Assembly: GCA_963724485.1 (NCBI GenBank)
Contig: CAVRUW010000018.1
Span: forward strand, 66,215 to 130,214
Length of the DNA: 64,000 nucleotides
Source: an uncultured Acidobacteriota bacterium
GTDB taxonomy: Bacteria; Acidobacteriota; Vicinamibacteria; Vicinamibacterales; UBA2999
Direction of reading: 5' to 3'
Position numbers and translations under genes: made by a program. Shown here piece after piece: positions 60,770 to 64,000 of this stretch (position 1 is the stretch's first letter; each line of letters begins with the position of its first letter). The notes under the pieces were generated by a model that made no database searches, had not been told where the DNA came from, and was given only the letters and a program-made list of their open reading frames with translations.

Positions 60770-61717
60770 TCAGGACCGCACGCCCCGTTGAGCGGCAACG
60801 AGCGCAACGATGTCCTCGAGATGTTCGGGACTGTCGATGCGCATGAAGGTGGCGTCCGGTACGACCTTGCGGCCAAGTCCGGAGAGCACGCTGCCGGGTC
60901 CCACCTCAATGAAGATCTTCGCGCCGTCGCCGACCATCCGTCGCATGACGGCCTCCCAGCGAACCGGGGCGGATACCTGGGCGACCAGGGCGTCTATGGA
61001 GGACTGAAGATCCCGCTTGGGCATGGCGTCGACGTTGGCGACCACGGGCACGCCGGGAGACTGAGCGGAAAGGGCTCGCAACTCCGGAGCGAGACGCACT
61101 TCGGCGGGCTTCATCAAGGCACAGTGAAATGGGGCGCTTACTTGGAGGGCAATGACCCGCTTTGCGCCCAGCGCCTTGGCGCGCTCTGAGGCCCGCGCTA
61201 CCGCGGCAGCCGTACCGGCGATCACCACTTGACCTGGCGCGTTGAGATTTGCTGCGCTGACGATGTCACCTTCGGCGGCCTCGCGGCACGCTTGCTCAGC
61301 CTTCTCCGCGTCCAATCCGAGAATCGCGGCCATCGCTCCGGTGCCGACCGGTACGGCCTCCTGCATATATCGACCACGATTGCGGACGATGCGAACCGCA
61401 TCGGCGAACTCAAAAGTTCTGGCAGCGACATGTGCGGAATATTCGCCCAGGCTGTGCCCGGCCACCATTTCGGGCTCGATGCCCTGCGAAGCCAGGGCGC
61501 GACACGCCGCAATGCTCGTCGTGAGTATCGCCGGCTGGGTGTTCTCGGTCAGCGTCAGCTCCTCGGCCGGGCCCTCGAAGATCAGCTTGCTGAGTGGTTC
61601 ACCAAGCGCCGCATCAGCCTCCTCGAATACCTCGCGACATTCAGGAAACTGCTGCGCGAGGGCCTTCCCCATCCCGACGGCCTGCGAGCCCTGTCCGGGG
61701 AAAATGAAGGCGATCAC
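60770..61717 (-). CDS. fabD: Malonyl-CoA:ACP transacylase
   Basis: IAFIFPGQGSQAVGMG, GHSLGEYSA and SAPFHCALM. The GTG start overlaps the plsX stop (GTGA). Confidence 0.9.
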   Translation of the reverse strand: MIAFIFPGQGSQAVGMGKALAQQFPECREVFEEADAALGEPLSKLIFEGPAEELTLTENTQPAILTTSIAACRALASQGIEPEMVAGHSLGEYSAHVAARTFEFADAVRIVRNRGRYMQEAVPVGTGAMAAILGLDAEKAEQACREAAEGDIVSAANLNAPGQVVIAGTAAAVARASERAKALGAKRVIALQVSAPFHCALMKPAEVRLAPELRALSAQSPGVPVVANVDAMPKRDLQSSIDALVAQVSAPVRWEAVMRRMVGDGAKIFIEVGPGSVLSGLGRKVVPDATFMRIDSPEHLEDIVALVAAQRGVRS

Positions 61718-62727
61718 TGCTCGGTCACCACTGCTGACGCAATCTCCTGTTCCACACGACCGAGCACGTTGCTGCCCACGAAACGCGACGCCATCGCAAC
61801 CGCATTGCGAATCGCCTTGGCTGACGAGCGGCCATGGCAAACGATGCACAGCCCGGCGACGCCCATCAGCGGCGCTCCACCGTATTCCGAATAGTCGACG
61901 CGGCGTCGAAACCGCCGAAACGCCCGGCGCGACAGCAGGTAGCCCACCTGGCTCGAGAACGTGCTCTGGAGTTCACTGCCAAGAAGCTCCTCCACCATTT
62001 CCACCAGGCCCTCGCTCAGTTTTAGAGCGACGTTGCCGGTGAAACCGTCACACACAATTACGTCTGCCTGGCCCGAGAAGATGTCCCGAGCCTCGACATT
62101 CCCGACAAAGTGCAACCGCGACGCCTTGAGCAGCCGATGAGCCTCCCGCGTCAGTTCGTTGCCTTTCGTCTCTTCCTCGCCAATCGACAGCAAACCAACC
62201 CGCGGCCGCTCGATCCCCATCCACGTGCGCGCATAAACCGAGCCCATCACCCCGAACTGCAGCAGGTAACTCGGCCGGCACTCGACGGTGGCGCCGGCGT
62301 CGATCAACACCGCGGAGCCATCGCGCGTGGGAACCGAAGGTGCCAACGCCGGACGGTCGACACCTGGAAGCATTCCAAACGCAGCATGCGCAGCCACCAC
62401 GGCAGCCCCAGTGTGTCCCGCGCTGACTACCGCCGCCGCATCACCCTTGGCAACCAGTTCGGCCGCCACACGGATCGACGAGCGCGGTTTGCGTCGAAGG
62501 GCCTGGATGGGCGACTCCGCCATCTCGACCACGTCCGGCGCTTCGATCACCCGCACATCGAGTGCCGACGCATCCTCGTGCCGTCCGAGCTCGTCACGAA
62601 TGAGGTCAGAACGCCCAACGAGGTCGACGCCGATTCCGAGATGCCGTGCAGCCACCAGCGCGCCGTCCACAATTCGACCCGGCGCGTGGTCGCCGCCCAT
62701 TGCGTCAACTGCGATACGCATGTCCAA
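61714..62727 (-). CDS. plsX: Phosphate acyltransferase PlsX
   Basis: IAVDAMGGDHAP...CDGFTGNVALK. Confidence 0.92.
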   Translation of the reverse strand: MDMRIAVDAMGGDHAPGRIVDGALVAARHLGIGVDLVGRSDLIRDELGRHEDASALDVRVIEAPDVVEMAESPIQALRRKPRSSIRVAAELVAKGDAAAVVSAGHTGAAVVAAHAAFGMLPGVDRPALAPSVPTRDGSAVLIDAGATVECRPSYLLQFGVMGSVYARTWMGIERPRVGLLSIGEEETKGNELTREAHRLLKASRLHFVGNVEARDIFSGQADVIVCDGFTGNVALKLSEGLVEMVEELLGSELQSTFSSQVGYLLSRRAFRRFRRRVDYSEYGGAPLMGVAGLCIVCHGRSSAKAIRNAVAMASRFVGSNVLGRVEQEIASAVVTEQ

Positions 62728-62742
62728 AGAGGCTGCGGCGGT

Positions 62743-62827
62743 CAGTCTTCAGTTATCAGTTTCCAGTTCAAAGGAAGCTCACAAATTCCCTTTGAACTGA
62801 CAACTGGCAACTGGCAACTGGCAACTG
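62743..62827. repeat. Heptad word palindrome: 4 x CAGT then 5 x ACTG, period exactly 7 bp, with an 11-bp perfect core stem
   Basis: CAGT at 62743, 62750, 62757 and 62764; ACTG at 62796, 62803, 62810, 62817 and 62824. Core stem CAGTTCAAAGG (62764-62774) / CCTTTGAACTG (62789-62799). ACTGGCA is tandem x3. Confidence 0.85.
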
Positions 62828-62845
62828 ACGTTGAGTCAACGTGCA

Positions 62846-63028
62846 CTATTCGTCGTCGACCGGTCGAACCTGTCGTTCTTTGTAGAAGCCGCAGTAGCGG
62901 CACACGGTGTGCGGTGCCTTCGGCTCGCCGCACTGCGGGCACTTGCCGGCAGAGGTGACGGGCAAGGCATCGTGCGTCCGCCGCTTGCGTCCCCGTGTCT
63001 TGGAGTGTCGTCGTTTTGGATTAGGCAT
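62846..63028 (-). CDS. rpmF: 50S ribosomal protein L32
   Basis: MPNPKRRHSKTRGRKRRTH, with a CPQCG...CRYCG zinc ribbon. Confidence 0.9.
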   Translation of the reverse strand: MPNPKRRHSKTRGRKRRTHDALPVTSAGKCPQCGEPKAPHTVCRYCGFYKERQVRPVDDE

Positions 63029-63551
63029 CGTCGTTATCCCGTGTGACCAGTGCTTTCAACCCGGCCAAGCGGGGATCCTCCCACCTTACCTGGCAGCCGC
63101 ACGTCTCTTCGTTCAAGTTCGTACCGCAGCTGGCGCACAACCCCTTGCAGTCCTGGCGGCAGAGCGGTTTCATGGGGAGAGCCAGATAGAACTGTTCCTC
63201 CATCAACTGTCCAAGGTCGATCTGCTCGTCGCGATAAAACGCGTCGGATAGATCGTCCTCTTCCACTTCCCGTTCTTCACCGGTGTTCTCCGACTGCGGC
63301 AAATACCGCACGTCGAATCTCGCATTGACCGGCAGCTGGAACGGCTCGAGACAGCGGCTACAGGTCAGCTCCAGCGCCGTCGTCAGGGTGCCGACGAGCC
63401 GAAACCGGTCCTTGTCCTTCTGGACCGTCGCCAGCAGCGCCACCGGCGTCACGACGCGGAACTGACTGGAACGCCCGTCGAACGCCGACGGATCGTACCG
63501 GCGGGACAGGGTTGTTTCGCCCTGCCGGAGATTAGTGAGGTCCAGAATCAT
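63021..63551 (-). CDS. yceD: DUF177 protein (YceD-like)
   Basis: C-terminal CxxxCxGLCxxCGxNLN pattern (CRQDCKGLCASCGTNLNEETC). Classical position upstream of rpmF. Confidence 0.8.
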   Translation of the reverse strand: MILDLTNLRQGETTLSRRYDPSAFDGRSSQFRVVTPVALLATVQKDKDRFRLVGTLTTALELTCSRCLEPFQLPVNARFDVRYLPQSENTGEEREVEEDDLSDAFYRDEQIDLGQLMEEQFYLALPMKPLCRQDCKGLCASCGTNLNEETCGCQVRWEDPRLAGLKALVTRDNDDA

Positions 63552-63655
63552 GGTGCCGCGTACTTCCCGGTCCCCGAAGGCACCGCCAACCCACAATTAT
63601 AGCCCGGGCCCACAGGTGCCTCGAAAGGCTATTTCTACCGCAGAATCCGGCTCGT

Positions 63656-64000
63656 TCAGGCATGGATGTCCATCCATGGCTTGGGTATGAACAGCTGTTC
63701 GTAGAGACTGACGGCAAAGCGATCGGTCATTCCGGCCACAAAGTCCTGCGCGGCGACATCGAGTCCCTCAGCGTCGATGGTGCGCTGGTCCAGAAACTCC
63801 GCTGGACGCTGCCGAACCTTCTCCCACAGGCCGCCAAGTATTCCTTCCGCCTTGCTGAACTCGGCGGTCGCTGCTTCGTTTTCGTAGACCGACTCAAACA
63901 GGAAGCTGCGGAGCTTGAGGGTCGCCTCCAGAATGCGATCGCTCATCCGAATCTCGGACAGGCCGCCGTCCAATGTTTCGTGCACCACATCAGTGACCAT
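63656..64000 (-). CDS. dGTP triphosphohydrolase-like HD-domain protein, C-terminal part (gene continues beyond the window)
   Basis: DFVAGMTDRFAVSLYEQLFIPKPW is the typical Dgt-family C-terminus. The ORF is open to the window edge. Confidence 0.7.
   Translation of the reverse strand: MVTDVVHETLDGGLSEIRMSDRILEATLKLRSFLFESVYENEAATAEFSKAEGILGGLWEKVRQRPAEFLDQRTIDAEGLDVAAQDFVAGMTDRFAVSLYEQLFIPKPWMDIHA

Noticed and set aside
60770-62727. Missing fabH between plsX and fabD as a sign of deletion or misassembly.
   Set aside because: The plsX stop and the fabD start overlap cleanly (GTGA) with no remnant sequence. fabH located elsewhere is a common arrangement.

Overview
High-GC bacterial chromosomal segment. 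The gene families present (PadR plus ADOP/MacB-type duplicated permease, PRC-type cytochrome c, DUF1028, DUF374, LolA-like sorting protein) suggest an Acidobacteriota-like soil bacterium; this is inference only. Conserved housekeeping blocks flank an accessory region at about 14.9-48.9 kb.

Left block (1-14.9 kb): mtaD-like amidohydrolase, a CIRCE-controlled hrcA-grpE-dnaJ operon with no dnaK, prmA, DUF1028, rsmE, a Ser/Thr kinase, ilvE, pilT, recX, alaS, a lytic transglycosylase and rpsT.

Right block (49-64 kb): holA-lptE-leuS, an HDAC-family gene, DUF374, ETF-QO/etfA/etfB, and yceD-rpmF-plsX-fabD-fabG-acpP-fabF with no fabH.

The accessory region holds four units:
- A secreted beta-propeller/FN3 protein, an acyltransferase-3 and a PaaK-like ligase.
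- A YbbA/YbbP-like ABC exporter operon with a LolA-like protein and an outer-membrane barrel.
- A biosynthetic cluster built around one 6.6-kb fully reducing type I PKS (KS-AT-DH-ER-KR-ACP). It includes a stand-alone thioester reductase, a P450, a large carbamoyltransferase, a beta-barrel protein and a pseudo-receiver/AraC regulator.
- A cytochrome-c/TPR + LytS-type kinase + LytTR regulator operon, and a PadR-ADOP permease pair.

Two window-wide peculiarities stand out. First, at least 12 coding lesions (frameshifts, one in-frame TAA, two gene remnants) are concentrated in the PKS/reductase genes but also hit rsmE. Second, a family of intergenic arrays of 4-5 nt words (GCACC, GAACC/GGTTC, CAGT/ACTG, GGTG/CACC) recurs at fixed 7, 8 or 13 bp periods, often as word-then-reverse-complement palindromic blocks. 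These match no standard feature class.

No rRNA, intact tRNA, CRISPR array or intact mobile element was found.
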